A stretch of 63,656 nt of DNA, filler included, from a bacterium (GTDB lineage Bacteria > UBP15 > UBA6099 > JAJRTR01), in NCBI GenBank assembly GCA_024278215.1. It is 6 parts of 6 records of this genome, joined end to end, with 100 filler letters (N's around TTAATTAATTAA, not from the genome) between each part and the next. Parts side by side here need not be neighbours in the genome. Positions count along the whole stretch, not along the records: positions 32,016 to 44,860 come from JAJRTR010000134.1; 5 more parts are not named here. One strand, 5' to 3'. Under the pieces are notes generated by a model. That model did not search any database. It was not told the DNA's origin and saw only the letters and a program-made list of their open reading frames with translations. Of this stretch, positions 32,327 through 42,665 are shown piece after piece. Positions within the stretch are counted from its first letter, which is position 1, and the number at the start of each line of letters is the position of its first letter. The translations under genes were made by a program, and so were the position numbers.

Positions 32327-33742
32327 ATGGCCGGCGAAGTCTCAAAGAAAATTGCTCATTTCGAGTTTATCACAAAAGAAAAGAATATCTATCATCCTTT
32401 TGTTGTTTTCAATAACGACGCTGCCATAGTATCGCCCGAAGATATAAGAAGGAAATGGGCCATCATAGCGGGAAGGAACAGAAGCCGGTATATTTCCCTC
32501 TATATTCACATACCCTATTGCCGCAACAAGAAGTGTAATTACTGTATGTACGGTTCGAGAATAATGAAAGCGCAATCGGAATTGGATTGTTACCTTGATT
32601 ATCTGAACGATACACTGGAGTATTTCGACACGGCCTTTCACGGTTATGAATTCGCGAATATGCACATAGGCGGCGGCACCCCCACACTGCTTGACAACAG
32701 TCAGTTGACAAGGCTTTTCGGCCTTCTGGCGGGGCGCTGTTCTTTCAGGAATAACGCCATGCAGACATTCGAGGTGTCACCGTCGAGTGTGACACGGCGG
32801 AAACTTGCGACAGCCCGCGGGTTCGGGATAAACCGGATAAGCATCGGCGCACAGTCTTTCAACAGGGAAGCGCTTAAGCAGGCACGACGCAATTATGTGC
32901 CTTTTGAAAATTTCGAGAAATTATGCGGCGAGATTGACGGCCTTGGATTTGAAACGGTTAATGTCGATCTCATCGGTGGACTGCCCGGAGACACGCCGGG
33001 CGAGTTCCGGGAGAGTTTCATCAAAGCCGCTTCGCTGGGGCCGTCGACGATTACAATATATTTTTTCCGCTTCGAGAACAGCAGGTACAGTAAGGACGTC
33101 CGAAGCAAAGCGGGATACGGATGGGGAGAGGGCGCGATAAGAACATTCATGGATGCCGTCTACGACACGGCTGTGACGCTCGATTACGTGAATGAATCTT
33201 ATTCGACAGAACGGCTTTACAATGTTTTCGCGAGATCGGATTATGTCAACAGGTTTGAAGGATATGCGACAAGGTGGGAACCCGGATTATCGAATTCATG
33301 CTTCGGTGTAGGGATCGGGGCGCGGTCTTTTATTCTCGATGTCGTCGATATATACGATAAAGGGGTTCACAGTCTCGCCCGGTATAGTTTCGACGAGGCT
33401 TTGAAGCCTGAAAATCTGTCTTTCGGGAACACAAGGTATCTCGTGCATTTCTTTGACAACAGGACAAGAATCACAAATTATTTTCTCCGTGAAATGTATG
33501 TAAATAAGAGTGTAAGCATAAACAGTATAAAGAGAATATACAAAGTCGATTTGACGGAATATTTCCGCGAAGCATTTGATGTGCTATCCGGGCTTGGAAA
33601 ACTTTCCATAGAGAACGACAGAGTATCGTTTGTCGTGAAAAATGAAGTTGAATGGGGCGTATACTCGAAGTTTTTCTATGATCCGGAAACAATCGAAAGG
33701 ATGACGAAAAGCAAACCGGCGGAAAGGTATATTTCATCATGA
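32327..33742 (+). CDS. Radical SAM protein, HemN/HemW-like
   Basis: SLYIHIPYC..C..C, IGGGTPT, NRISIGAQSF, NVDLIGGLPG, G.G.GA.S. Confidence 0.85.
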   Translation: MAGEVSKKIAHFEFITKEKNIYHPFVVFNNDAAIVSPEDIRRKWAIIAGRNRSRYISLYIHIPYCRNKKCNYCMYGSRIMKAQSELDCYLDYLNDTLEYFDTAFHGYEFANMHIGGGTPTLLDNSQLTRLFGLLAGRCSFRNNAMQTFEVSPSSVTRRKLATARGFGINRISIGAQSFNREALKQARRNYVPFENFEKLCGEIDGLGFETVNVDLIGGLPGDTPGEFRESFIKAASLGPSTITIYFFRFENSRYSKDVRSKAGYGWGEGAIRTFMDAVYDTAVTLDYVNESYSTERLYNVFARSDYVNRFEGYATRWEPGLSNSCFGVGIGARSFILDVVDIYDKGVHSLARYSFDEALKPENLSFGNTRYLVHFFDNRTRITNYFLREMYVNKSVSINSIKRIYKVDLTEYFREAFDVLSGLGKLSIENDRVSFVVKNEVEWGVYSKFFYDPETIERMTKSKPAERYISS

Positions 33743-33832
33743 GAGTAGAGCTTTTTTGGCCCGCATTGGTGAAATATGCGAGCTATCTTTCATACGTCGA
33801 CACAAAGCCGACATGACAGTACCATAATGACG

Positions 33833-34297
33833 TCAGGATTTTTCGGCTCTTTTTTTGATACCCTTGAGGAGCGCTTCGTTGTTTTTTTTCATAATGCCGT
33901 CGATAATCCTGTGGATCGGGCCGTTGACCAGCGGGTGCTTCACTTTGAAATCGACGTCCATTATCATTTCCGTGCCTCTGGGGTGTTCCCTGAAAGTCCA
34001 GCAGCCTTCGAATTTCTGCATTTCGGTTTTGTATTCGCGGTTGAAGTCGAACGTGCAACACATCTTACTGTCGTCCCACGTCTCGTCCTGAACCCATGAC
34101 AGGGATCGTTTCGCGGCGAGCAGGTGTGCCTCGACAGTCCACTCGGAGCGGACTGTGCGGGGCTGTTCATTCTCATCCATCACTTTGATTTTCTTGAGAT
34201 TCGGACACATCGCTTCAAACGAATATATGTCCTGGCCGAGTGAGTATACTTTTTCAAGGGGCGCTTTTACCACCCTGGTAACTTTTACTCTTCCCAT
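33833..34297 (-). CDS. SRPBCC / polyketide-cyclase family protein
   Basis: VKAPLEKVY, W...E.WD, FEG.W.F, C-terminal helix LKGIKKRAE. Confidence 0.8.
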   Translation of the reverse strand: MGRVKVTRVVKAPLEKVYSLGQDIYSFEAMCPNLKKIKVMDENEQPRTVRSEWTVEAHLLAAKRSLSWVQDETWDDSKMCCTFDFNREYKTEMQKFEGCWTFREHPRGTEMIMDVDFKVKHPLVNGPIHRIIDGIMKKNNEALLKGIKKRAEKS

Positions 34298-34360
34298 TAC
34301 AGCTCCAGTTCATAAGTGTGCATCTTGCGGGAGCGTGAACGGCAGAGAACGCTTCCGGCA

Positions 34361-34822
34361 TCAGATGCCGCTGAGCCTGAGGTCGATAAGCGCGCTCACG
34401 CCGACGCCTTCAACCCTGTTGAAGTTTATGGGGTTGAGCGTGTCGCTGGGCACGAATATCTCGATATCGAGGTTTTTTGCGGAAAATTTTGTTTCGATCT
34501 GCACGACGACTTTTACCCTGTTGACGAGTTTGCGGGGGCCGGTGACCTGTGCGGCGCCGGCTCGTGTGCCCGAGCCGAAAGCGAGTATCGGTACGACTTT
34601 TGTTTCCGCTTCGGGAGGCACTCCTTTGTTCAGAGTGACAGTATTGATGAAATCATTCAACTGGTCCGACAGGGCATTGGTCAGAACGGCTATCGCAGCG
34701 CCTTTGAGCACTTTGCCGAGCAACTTGTCGCCGAGACTCGCGCTTCTGAGTGTGACTGTACCGACGCCGGCCACGCACAGGAATATTCCCAGTGCCGCAA
34801 AAAACATACGGAACTTTTTCAT
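34361..34822 (-). CDS. Hypothetical exported protein
   Basis: Signal peptide; TKVVPIL..G.G..GAAQVTGP...RVEGVGVSALID. Confidence 0.65.
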   Translation of the reverse strand: MKKFRMFFAALGIFLCVAGVGTVTLRSASLGDKLLGKVLKGAAIAVLTNALSDQLNDFINTVTLNKGVPPEAETKVVPILAFGSGTRAGAAQVTGPRKLVNRVKVVVQIETKFSAKNLDIEIFVPSDTLNPINFNRVEGVGVSALIDLRLSGI

Positions 34823-34945
34823 TGTCTTGCCTCCGATTGAACATTTTATCTTCTATGCGCCTTATTGCTCGCTGCTTACAGTATTCCTGTTATTCCGAGC
34901 CGATAAAAATCCTGATTCGGCGCAGGTGCCTGTATCGAACAAGCG

Positions 34946-36694
34946 TCATGGCGCCCAGGCAGGTGAAGTGTCGTCGATGTTAGTATCGTTATTTGTAATA
35001 TTAACAACATTTTCACCCGACAGGTCTGTAACATATATATCGTAGTCGATGGTTTCGTCGGACTGGAATGCTATCGCGTCTCCGAGGGGAGAAAATGTCG
35101 GGTAGAGGTCGTTGGCGGCAGTTGTGATTGCCGAGCTTGTGTCGACAAGCAGAGAAGTTGTATCGTCGTTGAAATTGTGCAGGTACAGGTCATAATCCGT
35201 GCCCGAATATCTTGAGAACGCCATTAGATTGCCGGACGGGCTGAAAGCGCAATTGCGGTCGAGGTAGGTCGATCCGGTCGACAGTACACTTGTTTTGACA
35301 CCGGTGGAAAGATTTATTTTTGTGATTTCAAAGCTGGCTGGAGTGTCGTAGTCCATATATTTCGTGTCGAGGACGCCCGCTGAGTAATATACTTCATCGG
35401 AACTTGTCGGTGAGAAGCAGGGGAAGCGGTCCGGGGCATCGTCGTCCGTGTGTTGAGTGAGTCCCGTGCCGTCCAGGTTGACCGAGTAGAGGTCGTACTT
35501 TCTGAATTGGAAGCTGGGTTTGACAAGATCGACACCCGCGCCGCTTCTGGAACCTGTTTCGGATACAGTGTCTTTAATTGTTGTCGCGCTGTCACCTGCT
35601 GTCTCGGAGGCGTAGCTGCCCGCGGGCCACGAAAAATGGAAAGAGAGTGAAGCCTGTTCGCCTGTGTCGTATACGCAATATTTCTGAGAGTCGGTATTGC
35701 AGATTCCGGAGGCGCAGTCGCTGTCGTCGTCGCAGGGGATGCTGGTGAAGCCGCCGCTTCCGTCGTCGCATACGTTGTCGTTGGAGCAGCTGCTTTCGCA
35801 GGTTTTTACGTTTGCGCACGTTGAGGTCTTGCAATCGGAGGTGCTGCTGCACGTAACATTTTTGTCTTTGAGGAACGGATAGTTGTAATCGGTGAAATGT
35901 AAAATGAGGTAGTTCGTGTCGTCGAGCTTCTCGCAGATATAGTTGCCGACCGGCCAGAAAGTAAAGTTGAATTTCGCCTTAATCGTGATGAAACTTACAG
36001 TACTGGAATAGGTTTGCGTGGAGCAGTCTGTCGGGGCTGTGGAGCCGAGATTGCCGGTGAATCCGACACCGGCCAGAGTGCCGCCCGTGGACAATTTCAG
36101 GCCGGAAGACGAGATGCCAACCTGTGCGCTCGAATCGCTGTCCACATCTCTTTCGGAAGGCTTGACAAGTACGGCTATGTCCCGCGAAGTGTAGCCGACA
36201 AAAGCCATTTTCTTGCCGTCCCAGGATATCGCGGGTTCTTCGATGTTTATGGGATTCCGCTCGACGACCTCTGTTCTGTAGCCATCCACTTCGACGCTGA
36301 TTATATCCGTGCTGGTTGCGAAGTAGTCCGTGGCGAGATAAAACCGGAGCCCGTTCTGGCTGGCGGCGGGGGTTTTAGGCTCGAAGCTTTCTCCTCCGCC
36401 TTTTGAAAAAGTAGTCACCAGTTTGTAGTTTCCACCGTTGGAGTCGACAGCGTAGAGTTCGCCTGCCGCGTTGTCTACCGAGCGTAGAAAAGCTATTCTC
36501 ATGGGGTGGCCGGGTGATACGGGGAATACGGGGTTGTCGACTTTGCCGTTTTCGTGCTGGACAATGCCGAGTCCCGACGCCGCGACAAGCGGGGCTCCGG
36601 CCCCGCATCCGCTCAGCAACAGGACACAGACGGCAAGGATACCGGCGACGGAAAACGAAGCTACCAAAAACAATGCCGTGGATTTCCTGATCAT
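34946..36694 (-). CDS. TolB-like (PD40) lipoprotein with Cys-rich insert
   Basis: Lipobox LLSGC; PD40-like repeats (PAISWDGKKMAF, PTFSPLGDAIAFQS, PAWAP). Confidence 0.75.
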   Translation of the reverse strand: MIRKSTALFLVASFSVAGILAVCVLLLSGCGAGAPLVAASGLGIVQHENGKVDNPVFPVSPGHPMRIAFLRSVDNAAGELYAVDSNGGNYKLVTTFSKGGGESFEPKTPAASQNGLRFYLATDYFATSTDIISVEVDGYRTEVVERNPINIEEPAISWDGKKMAFVGYTSRDIAVLVKPSERDVDSDSSAQVGISSSGLKLSTGGTLAGVGFTGNLGSTAPTDCSTQTYSSTVSFITIKAKFNFTFWPVGNYICEKLDDTNYLILHFTDYNYPFLKDKNVTCSSTSDCKTSTCANVKTCESSCSNDNVCDDGSGGFTSIPCDDDSDCASGICNTDSQKYCVYDTGEQASLSFHFSWPAGSYASETAGDSATTIKDTVSETGSRSGAGVDLVKPSFQFRKYDLYSVNLDGTGLTQHTDDDAPDRFPCFSPTSSDEVYYSAGVLDTKYMDYDTPASFEITKINLSTGVKTSVLSTGSTYLDRNCAFSPSGNLMAFSRYSGTDYDLYLHNFNDDTTSLLVDTSSAITTAANDLYPTFSPLGDAIAFQSDETIDYDIYVTDLSGENVVNITNNDTNIDDTSPAWAP

Positions 36695-36934
36695 GTCGTT
36701 CCTTTATAAAGCTTGCAGAATGTAACGAGAACGTACTTGTATTGTCTCTGTTACGTACAAAATCACATGAATTATATATAGAGAAAAGTTTCGGGACAAG
36801 CCCGAAGCCGTTCTTTACCGCCATTTATTATATTACTTGCCGGCAATGTATAGCAAGTCCGTTTATTTTTGTTCGGTCGGCAGGTGGAAATATTCCTGCC
36901 GCCGGGCGATAATATGAACAATTCTTAGTGAAAG

Positions 36935-37112
36935 GCGCCAATTGCAAAATTATGTTCGTAGCGAGGTCGAGCGAAATAGTTCAGAGCAAGGCGGAGGTGT
37001 AAAATCCTCGCAGACGTACTTGTAGTGTACGTCGAGGACGATTTTATGCCGACAACGCTGCTATGGACAATAGTAGCCGACCGCAGCAGAATCAGAATTT
37101 TGCAATTGACTC
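36935..37112 (+). mobile_element. MITE family A, full copy
   Basis: Imperfect TIRs, 4-bp flanking duplication AAAG. Confidence 0.88.
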
Positions 37113-37127
37113 AAAGGTGCAGAGCTC

Positions 37128-37649
37128 ATGGAAAAGGGATATGTGCAGGTGTATACGGGAAACGGCAAGGGTAAAACAACCGCCGCGCTGGGGCTTGCTT
37201 TTCGCGGCATGGGTGCCGGCCTGAGAACGTATATCGGGCAGTTCATGAAGGGTAAGTATTATCATGAACTTGATTCTGTAAAAAAAGTATCCCCTTCGAT
37301 TGTGATCGAGCAATACGGACATCCGGAATTCTGTGTGCCCGGCAAAACAAGCCCCAGAGACGAACGGCTTGCGCGCGAAGGCCTCGAGAAGGTCCGCGCC
37401 GCAATCTCTTCCGGCGAATACGATATTGTTGTGATGGATGAAATCAACACGGCGCTTTATTTCGAGCTCCTCGATGTTGGCGATATTGTAGATATAATAA
37501 AGGATAAACCCGAGAATCTGGAACTGGTGCTTACGGGACGATATGCGAAAGAGGAGATAATAGACGCCGCCGACCTTGTGACGGAAATGAAAGAGGTAAA
37601 ACATTATTACGAGTGCGGCGTGATCGCCCGTGCGGGCATCGAGAACTGA
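37128..37649 (+). CDS. cobO: Cob(I)yrinic acid a,c-diamide adenosyltransferase
   Basis: VYTGNGKGKTTAALG, QFMKG, DEIN, LTGR, ADLVTEM..KH. Confidence 0.95.
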   Translation: MEKGYVQVYTGNGKGKTTAALGLAFRGMGAGLRTYIGQFMKGKYYHELDSVKKVSPSIVIEQYGHPEFCVPGKTSPRDERLAREGLEKVRAAISSGEYDIVVMDEINTALYFELLDVGDIVDIIKDKPENLELVLTGRYAKEEIIDAADLVTEMKEVKHYYECGVIARAGIEN

Positions 37650-37860
37650 AAAGCGCCTGGCGGAGCCAGGTGTTTGCAGTCGGTGGAGTCCGTTGTTTTC
37701 GCGTTTTTCCGAGCGATATTCACAATATTTGTTTTTTATGTCGATAACCCAATATCTGTTTTTTATTTACGTACCTCATGTAATGTATTAATATACTTCA
37801 GAGTGGTTGTCGATGAAACAACCGGGCAACAGGAGCGCATCGAGAGGACAGAACGGGAAA

Positions 37861-39960
37861 ATGTTAGATAATTTCTTCAGACCCGAATCAGTGGCATTGA
37901 TCGGAGCTTCGAGCACACCGGGCAAGGTCGGTTTCGACATCCTGAAAAATATCACAGACGCAGGGTTCCGCGGAAAAATATACCCGGTGAATCCGAAATC
38001 GGATGAATTATTCGGTTTGAAGTGTTACCACAGCGCGAATGATATCGAGGGAAAGATCGATCTGGCGGTGGTGATGATACCGCCAAAGTTCATTCCCGAT
38101 GCGCTCGGCCAGTGCGCGTCGAAGGGTTGCGATTCAGCGATAATAATCTCCGCGGGATTTAAAGAGGTAGGGCCGGAGGGCGCGCGCCTCGAGAGAGAGA
38201 TGCGCACGGTGGCGAAGAAAGCCGGGGTCCGGCTACTCGGCCCGAATTGTCTCGGTGTGATAGATACCGACATGCACCTGAATGCTACGTTCGCGGCAGG
38301 GATGCCGGCTGCCGGGAATATCGGGTTTGTCTCACAAAGCGGGGCGCTCTGCACTGCTATTCTCGACTGGTCGTTCGCCAACAGCATCGGTTTTTCGAGA
38401 TTTGTGAGCCTGGGGAACAAGGCGGACATCGACGAAGTGGATATGATCGAGGCGCTGGGCGAGGACGAACGAACAAGCGTCATCGTAGGCTATATCGAAG
38501 GAGTGTCGCGGGGCCGTGAGTTCATGGAAACTCTGCTGAGGGTGACAAAAAAGAAACCTGTCATTCTGATAAAATCGGGAACATCCGAAGCGGGCGCGCG
38601 CGCGGCCTCATCGCACACGGGCAGCATGGCCGGTTCCGATATCGCTTTCGACACCGCCTTCAGGCAATGCGGCGTGATGAGGGCGCGGACAGTCGAGGAG
38701 ATATTCGACTGCGCTGTGGCGTTTTCGTTCCAGCCGCTTCCTGCCGGGAACAAACTGGCGATACTGACAAACGCCGGTGGCCCGGGGATAATGGCTACGG
38801 ATGCCATGGATGATACTCGCGCGGAAATGGCACGTTTCAAACCTGAAACTATTGAAAAACTCAAGTCGTTCCTGCCTTCGGCTGCTGCTTTCTATAACCC
38901 GGTCGATATCATCGGGGATGCTCATGCAGACAGATACCAGAGCACGATTATGGCACTGCTCGAGGACAGTGATGTAGACGGAATAGTTGTTTTGCTGACT
39001 CCGCAGGGCATGACACAGATAGAAGAAACAGCGAAGGCGATATCGTATGCGTCGCTTATACACAAAAAACCTATACTGACATCATTTATGGGTGAAGAGA
39101 TGGTCGGGTCCGGCATAGACCTGCTGGGCAAGAACCGCATTCCGAACTACAGCTTCCCGGAAAGAGCGGTCGGTGCATTCGGGCGCATGGTCGAATACGA
39201 ATCATGGCGCGGCAGGCCGCTGAAGAAGAACATCGAAGTCGAATATCCGCGCGACGAGACGGAAAAAATGATAAAAAGGTTCACTGCCCACGGAAGAGGC
39301 GCAGTGAGCGGCGAGCGGGCGTTGCGGGTTTTGAAAGCAGCCGGGATAAAGACACCGGATTATAAAATAGCCGAGGACATGAAGAAAGCAAAGGAGTTTG
39401 CACTCGAGTTCGGGTATCCGATAGTGCTTAAAGTCGCGTCTCCGGACATCTCGCACAAGTCGGATGTCGGCGGGGTCAAAGTAGGGATAGGCGATGAAGA
39501 CAGCCTGGAGCGCGCTTATAATGAGATTATGGTAAACTGCCGCCGTATGGTGCCGAGCGCGGTCCTGCACGGGGTGGAAGTCCACCAGATGATCACAGGC
39601 GGCAAGGAAATGGTACTGGGGATGAGCCGGGACCCGTCGTTCGGCCCGCTGATAATGTTCGGGCTCGGCGGGATTTATGTCGAAATAATGAAGGACGTAA
39701 GCTTCAGGATCGCCCCGCTGACGGAAGACGACATAGACGGCCTGATTCACGAGATAAAGAGTGTGCGGCTTCTGACAGGCGCAAGGGGCGAAAAGCCGAA
39801 AGACATAGACGGCATTAAAGAAACGATACGCATTGTTTCTCAATTGACGATAGATTACGAAAACATGATAGAGATGGATATAAATCCACTGATTGCGCTG
39901 GACAGGGGACAGGGCGTGTATGCGGTTGACGCCCGGTTCAACTTCCAGATTTCCGAATAG
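37861..39960 (+). CDS. Acetate--CoA ligase (ADP-forming) family, fused alpha/beta
   Basis: IGAS..PGKVG, GPNCLG, SQSGA, SHTGS, NPVD, HKSDVGGV, FGLGG.YVE, DINP. Confidence 0.92.
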   Translation: MLDNFFRPESVALIGASSTPGKVGFDILKNITDAGFRGKIYPVNPKSDELFGLKCYHSANDIEGKIDLAVVMIPPKFIPDALGQCASKGCDSAIIISAGFKEVGPEGARLEREMRTVAKKAGVRLLGPNCLGVIDTDMHLNATFAAGMPAAGNIGFVSQSGALCTAILDWSFANSIGFSRFVSLGNKADIDEVDMIEALGEDERTSVIVGYIEGVSRGREFMETLLRVTKKKPVILIKSGTSEAGARAASSHTGSMAGSDIAFDTAFRQCGVMRARTVEEIFDCAVAFSFQPLPAGNKLAILTNAGGPGIMATDAMDDTRAEMARFKPETIEKLKSFLPSAAAFYNPVDIIGDAHADRYQSTIMALLEDSDVDGIVVLLTPQGMTQIEETAKAISYASLIHKKPILTSFMGEEMVGSGIDLLGKNRIPNYSFPERAVGAFGRMVEYESWRGRPLKKNIEVEYPRDETEKMIKRFTAHGRGAVSGERALRVLKAAGIKTPDYKIAEDMKKAKEFALEFGYPIVLKVASPDISHKSDVGGVKVGIGDEDSLERAYNEIMVNCRRMVPSAVLHGVEVHQMITGGKEMVLGMSRDPSFGPLIMFGLGGIYVEIMKDVSFRIAPLTEDDIDGLIHEIKSVRLLTGARGEKPKDIDGIKETIRIVSQLTIDYENMIEMDINPLIALDRGQGVYAVDARFNFQISE

Positions 39961-40003
39961 TTCGGGCAGTAAAGTTCAACACGGAATACGGGAGGGAATT
40001 TCA

Positions 40004-41053
40004 ATGAGAAGTATATATGTAGGTTCCGAATCGGAATATTCGGGCAAAAGCCTTGTGTGCCTCTGCCTGGGTAAAGAGTTGCAGAACAGAGGAGTAAAGG
40101 TAGGCTATTTCAAGCCTTACGGTACTCTCCCGTGTATGGAATGCAATCAGATTGTAGACGAAGATGTTGTTTATATGAAAGCACATATCGGACTGGGAAA
40201 CAGCCTCGAAGACCTGTGCCCGGTGGTCTACTCCCACGACATGAAGCTGAAGATTTACAGAGGGGAAACAGAAGGATACAGAGACAGGATACTGGACTCG
40301 TACAAAAAAGTATCCGCAGACAAGGAAGTTATGCTGATCGGCGGGGGAAGATCAATGTATGAAGGGCTCAGCTTCGGCTACTCTGCGATGGAGCTCATAG
40401 AAGACACCGGCAGCGAAGTGATAATGATAGAGAAATATGACGAATCGCGCGGACTCGACTCTCTCATCGACATAAAGGAGCGGCTGGGCGACAGTCTTCT
40501 GGGTCTGATAATAAATCGCATTGAACCGGAAAATATGGAATATATCAGAAAGAATGTCACGCCGTTTATCGAGAGGTTCGGAATAAACATGCTCGGTGCC
40601 ATGCCCAATGACATCGTGCTTGCGGCGATCAGTGTCAGAGACCTGGCGAACGGTATCGGCGGCAGGGTGTATACCGCGGAAGATAAACTCGACGAACTTG
40701 TGTACCATTTCAAGGTCGGAGCCATGACCCTCGAGGCTGCAAGCGCGCGTTTCAGGAAAGTCAGCAATAAGGCGGTCATCACCGGCGGCGACAGGGTGGA
40801 CCTCCAGGTGGCGGCGCTCGAGACACCCACAAAATGCCTGGTGCTCACAGGCGGGATGACCCCGCACCCGCTGATAATGTCCAAGGCCGATGAATTGCAG
40901 GTCCCGATTATCGTCGTGCCCTATGACACGCTGACAACTGTTGAAAAGATACATGCTATCGCGGGCAAACCCAGAATACGGGAAACCGCAAAGATAGACC
41001 GCGCTCTGAAGCTGTTCCGCGATGGTGTCGACATCGAAAAACTTGGTTTCTGA
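40004..41053 (+). CDS. Phosphotransacetylase N-terminal-like (AAA_26/DRTGG) protein
   Basis: YSGKS, GYFKP, ITGGDR.D, LVLTGG; RBS GGAGG. Confidence 0.88.
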   Translation: MRSIYVGSESEYSGKSLVCLCLGKELQNRGVKVGYFKPYGTLPCMECNQIVDEDVVYMKAHIGLGNSLEDLCPVVYSHDMKLKIYRGETEGYRDRILDSYKKVSADKEVMLIGGGRSMYEGLSFGYSAMELIEDTGSEVIMIEKYDESRGLDSLIDIKERLGDSLLGLIINRIEPENMEYIRKNVTPFIERFGINMLGAMPNDIVLAAISVRDLANGIGGRVYTAEDKLDELVYHFKVGAMTLEAASARFRKVSNKAVITGGDRVDLQVAALETPTKCLVLTGGMTPHPLIMSKADELQVPIIVVPYDTLTTVEKIHAIAGKPRIRETAKIDRALKLFRDGVDIEKLGF

Positions 41054-41088
41054 AAGCCCGGCATACTTTCGGATGAACCACTCATTAT

Positions 41089-41230
41089 GAGCCATTTGCA
41101 AAATTATGTTCGTAGCGAGGTCGAACGAAATTATTCAGAAACAAGGCGGGAGTGCAAAATCTCCGCAGGCGTACTCGCCAAGTACGTCGAGGATGATTTT
41201 GTGCCGACAACGCATCTGTGACAATTGCAG
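41089..41230 (+). mobile_element. MITE family A lacking its right end
   Basis: Family A left ~140 bp, then an abrupt switch to an IS remnant. Confidence 0.75.
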
Positions 41231-41549
41231 GCGAACGCACATCAGCAGTCGCGCCGGCGCAGCCATCGCCCGCAAAGCCCGCACCAAAAGAACAGACGAC
41301 GGCTATGCCGTACAGAGCTTCAGGCAACTGCTTACAAATCTCGGCACCATCAACCTCAATCTCGTACAACCGAAAGTGGCCGGAGCCGAAACATTTTACA
41401 AAATAGCCCGGCCCCACCTGCCGGTAGCAACGAGCACTGGACCTGCTCGACATTCGATTGCGCGTACCCGGTACGCGCACATAAGAAAATACAAATATCC
41501 CGATAAACACTGGCTTTATTGTGTTTTTTCGTTGGGAAGTTCAGTTTAG
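41231..41549 (+). pseudogene. IS1634-like transposase C-terminal remnant with right end
   Basis: Frameshifted SAVAPAQPS / RKARTKRTDDGYAVQSFRQLL.NLGTI..N / QRALDLL, which I recognise as an IS1634-type C-terminus; ends GGGAAGTTCAGTTTAG. Confidence 0.7.
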
Positions 41550-41616
41550 ATATTAAGTTCAAAGCAGATGATTTTGTTGCTATAATAAGTTATTCAAACA
41601 CGGGACGCGGAGAAAA

Positions 41617-42636
41617 GTGCAGATGCTCAATATAGATAAAATCATGACGGATATTTTCGATTTCGGCGCGGACACATACAGCAAGGTCACAGGCGCAAAG
41701 AAGGGTGCTCTGCCGGATGTGTCACGTTTCGACATCAGCGATCTTATTACTGAAGAAGAAATGGAGTCCGCCGACAAACTCTACACGCCGTCGGATCATG
41801 TGCCGGACATAAAGTTCAGAAAGAAAGCGGCGCTGCCGTTTCTCGACATATACGACGGGAGATTCACAAGCCCCGTCGACAGCCCGTTCGATTGCAACAA
41901 CATAATAAATGTGCGACACTTCCGCATCAGAAACTGGAACCGCAACCTGCCGTGCGTCATCATGATAAACGGCCTGCACGTGAATGAAACGACCTATTTC
42001 GACTGGTGGTGCTGGCGTTTCGCGGCATGGGGTTTAAGCAGCATATTGTTCGACATCCCCTACCACATACGCAGGATGCCGGAAGGTTCGTTCGCGGGCG
42101 AATATCTCATCAGCGCCGACCCGGCCTGGACGATGCTTTCACTGAAACAGAGCTATCTCGACACCTGTGAGATAGCAAACTGGCTGAAGGACCGAGGCAC
42201 AGGCGAGATCGGCACATTCGGAGTTTCGTTCGGCGCGCTGATGGCCGGTCTGTATGTGTGCAACGCGCGGAACTGCGATTTCGCCATCATGGGCATGCCG
42301 CCCATGGACGCGCTCGACACACTCGGCAAAATCAGCTTCGGCACCGAGGTCGAAGCGCTCGAACGGAAAGGTCAAAAAACTATTCTGAGCGACGAGCGCA
42401 TACCACGCATTTTCAATATGTCCACCATGACGCCGAACGTCGACACCGACAGGATTTTTATCGGCATGGGCATCTATGACAGGCTTGTCGACCCGAAAGA
42501 TGTGGAAGCCACCGCCGAAAAATGGGGCGGCCTGAAATGGCTGATGAAATATCCAACAGGACACATAAACACATTTGTTCTCAACAGACGCTTCATTCGC
42601 GACGCACGCAGATTTATTAAAACCGAGATCGTGTAG
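41617..42636 (+). CDS. Alpha/beta hydrolase family protein
   Basis: GVSFG nucleophile, YDRLV (Asp), TGH (His), PYHIRR. Confidence 0.75.
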   Translation: MQMLNIDKIMTDIFDFGADTYSKVTGAKKGALPDVSRFDISDLITEEEMESADKLYTPSDHVPDIKFRKKAALPFLDIYDGRFTSPVDSPFDCNNIINVRHFRIRNWNRNLPCVIMINGLHVNETTYFDWWCWRFAAWGLSSILFDIPYHIRRMPEGSFAGEYLISADPAWTMLSLKQSYLDTCEIANWLKDRGTGEIGTFGVSFGALMAGLYVCNARNCDFAIMGMPPMDALDTLGKISFGTEVEALERKGQKTILSDERIPRIFNMSTMTPNVDTDRIFIGMGIYDRLVDPKDVEATAEKWGGLKWLMKYPTGHINTFVLNRRFIRDARRFIKTEIV

Positions 42637-42665
42637 TGAAATTATCGACGCTGTCGAAGTCGGCT

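Noticed and set aside
37861-41053. Acyl-CoA ligase plus DRTGG protein pair
   Set aside because: A commonly seen gene pair in anaerobes and archaea; not novel
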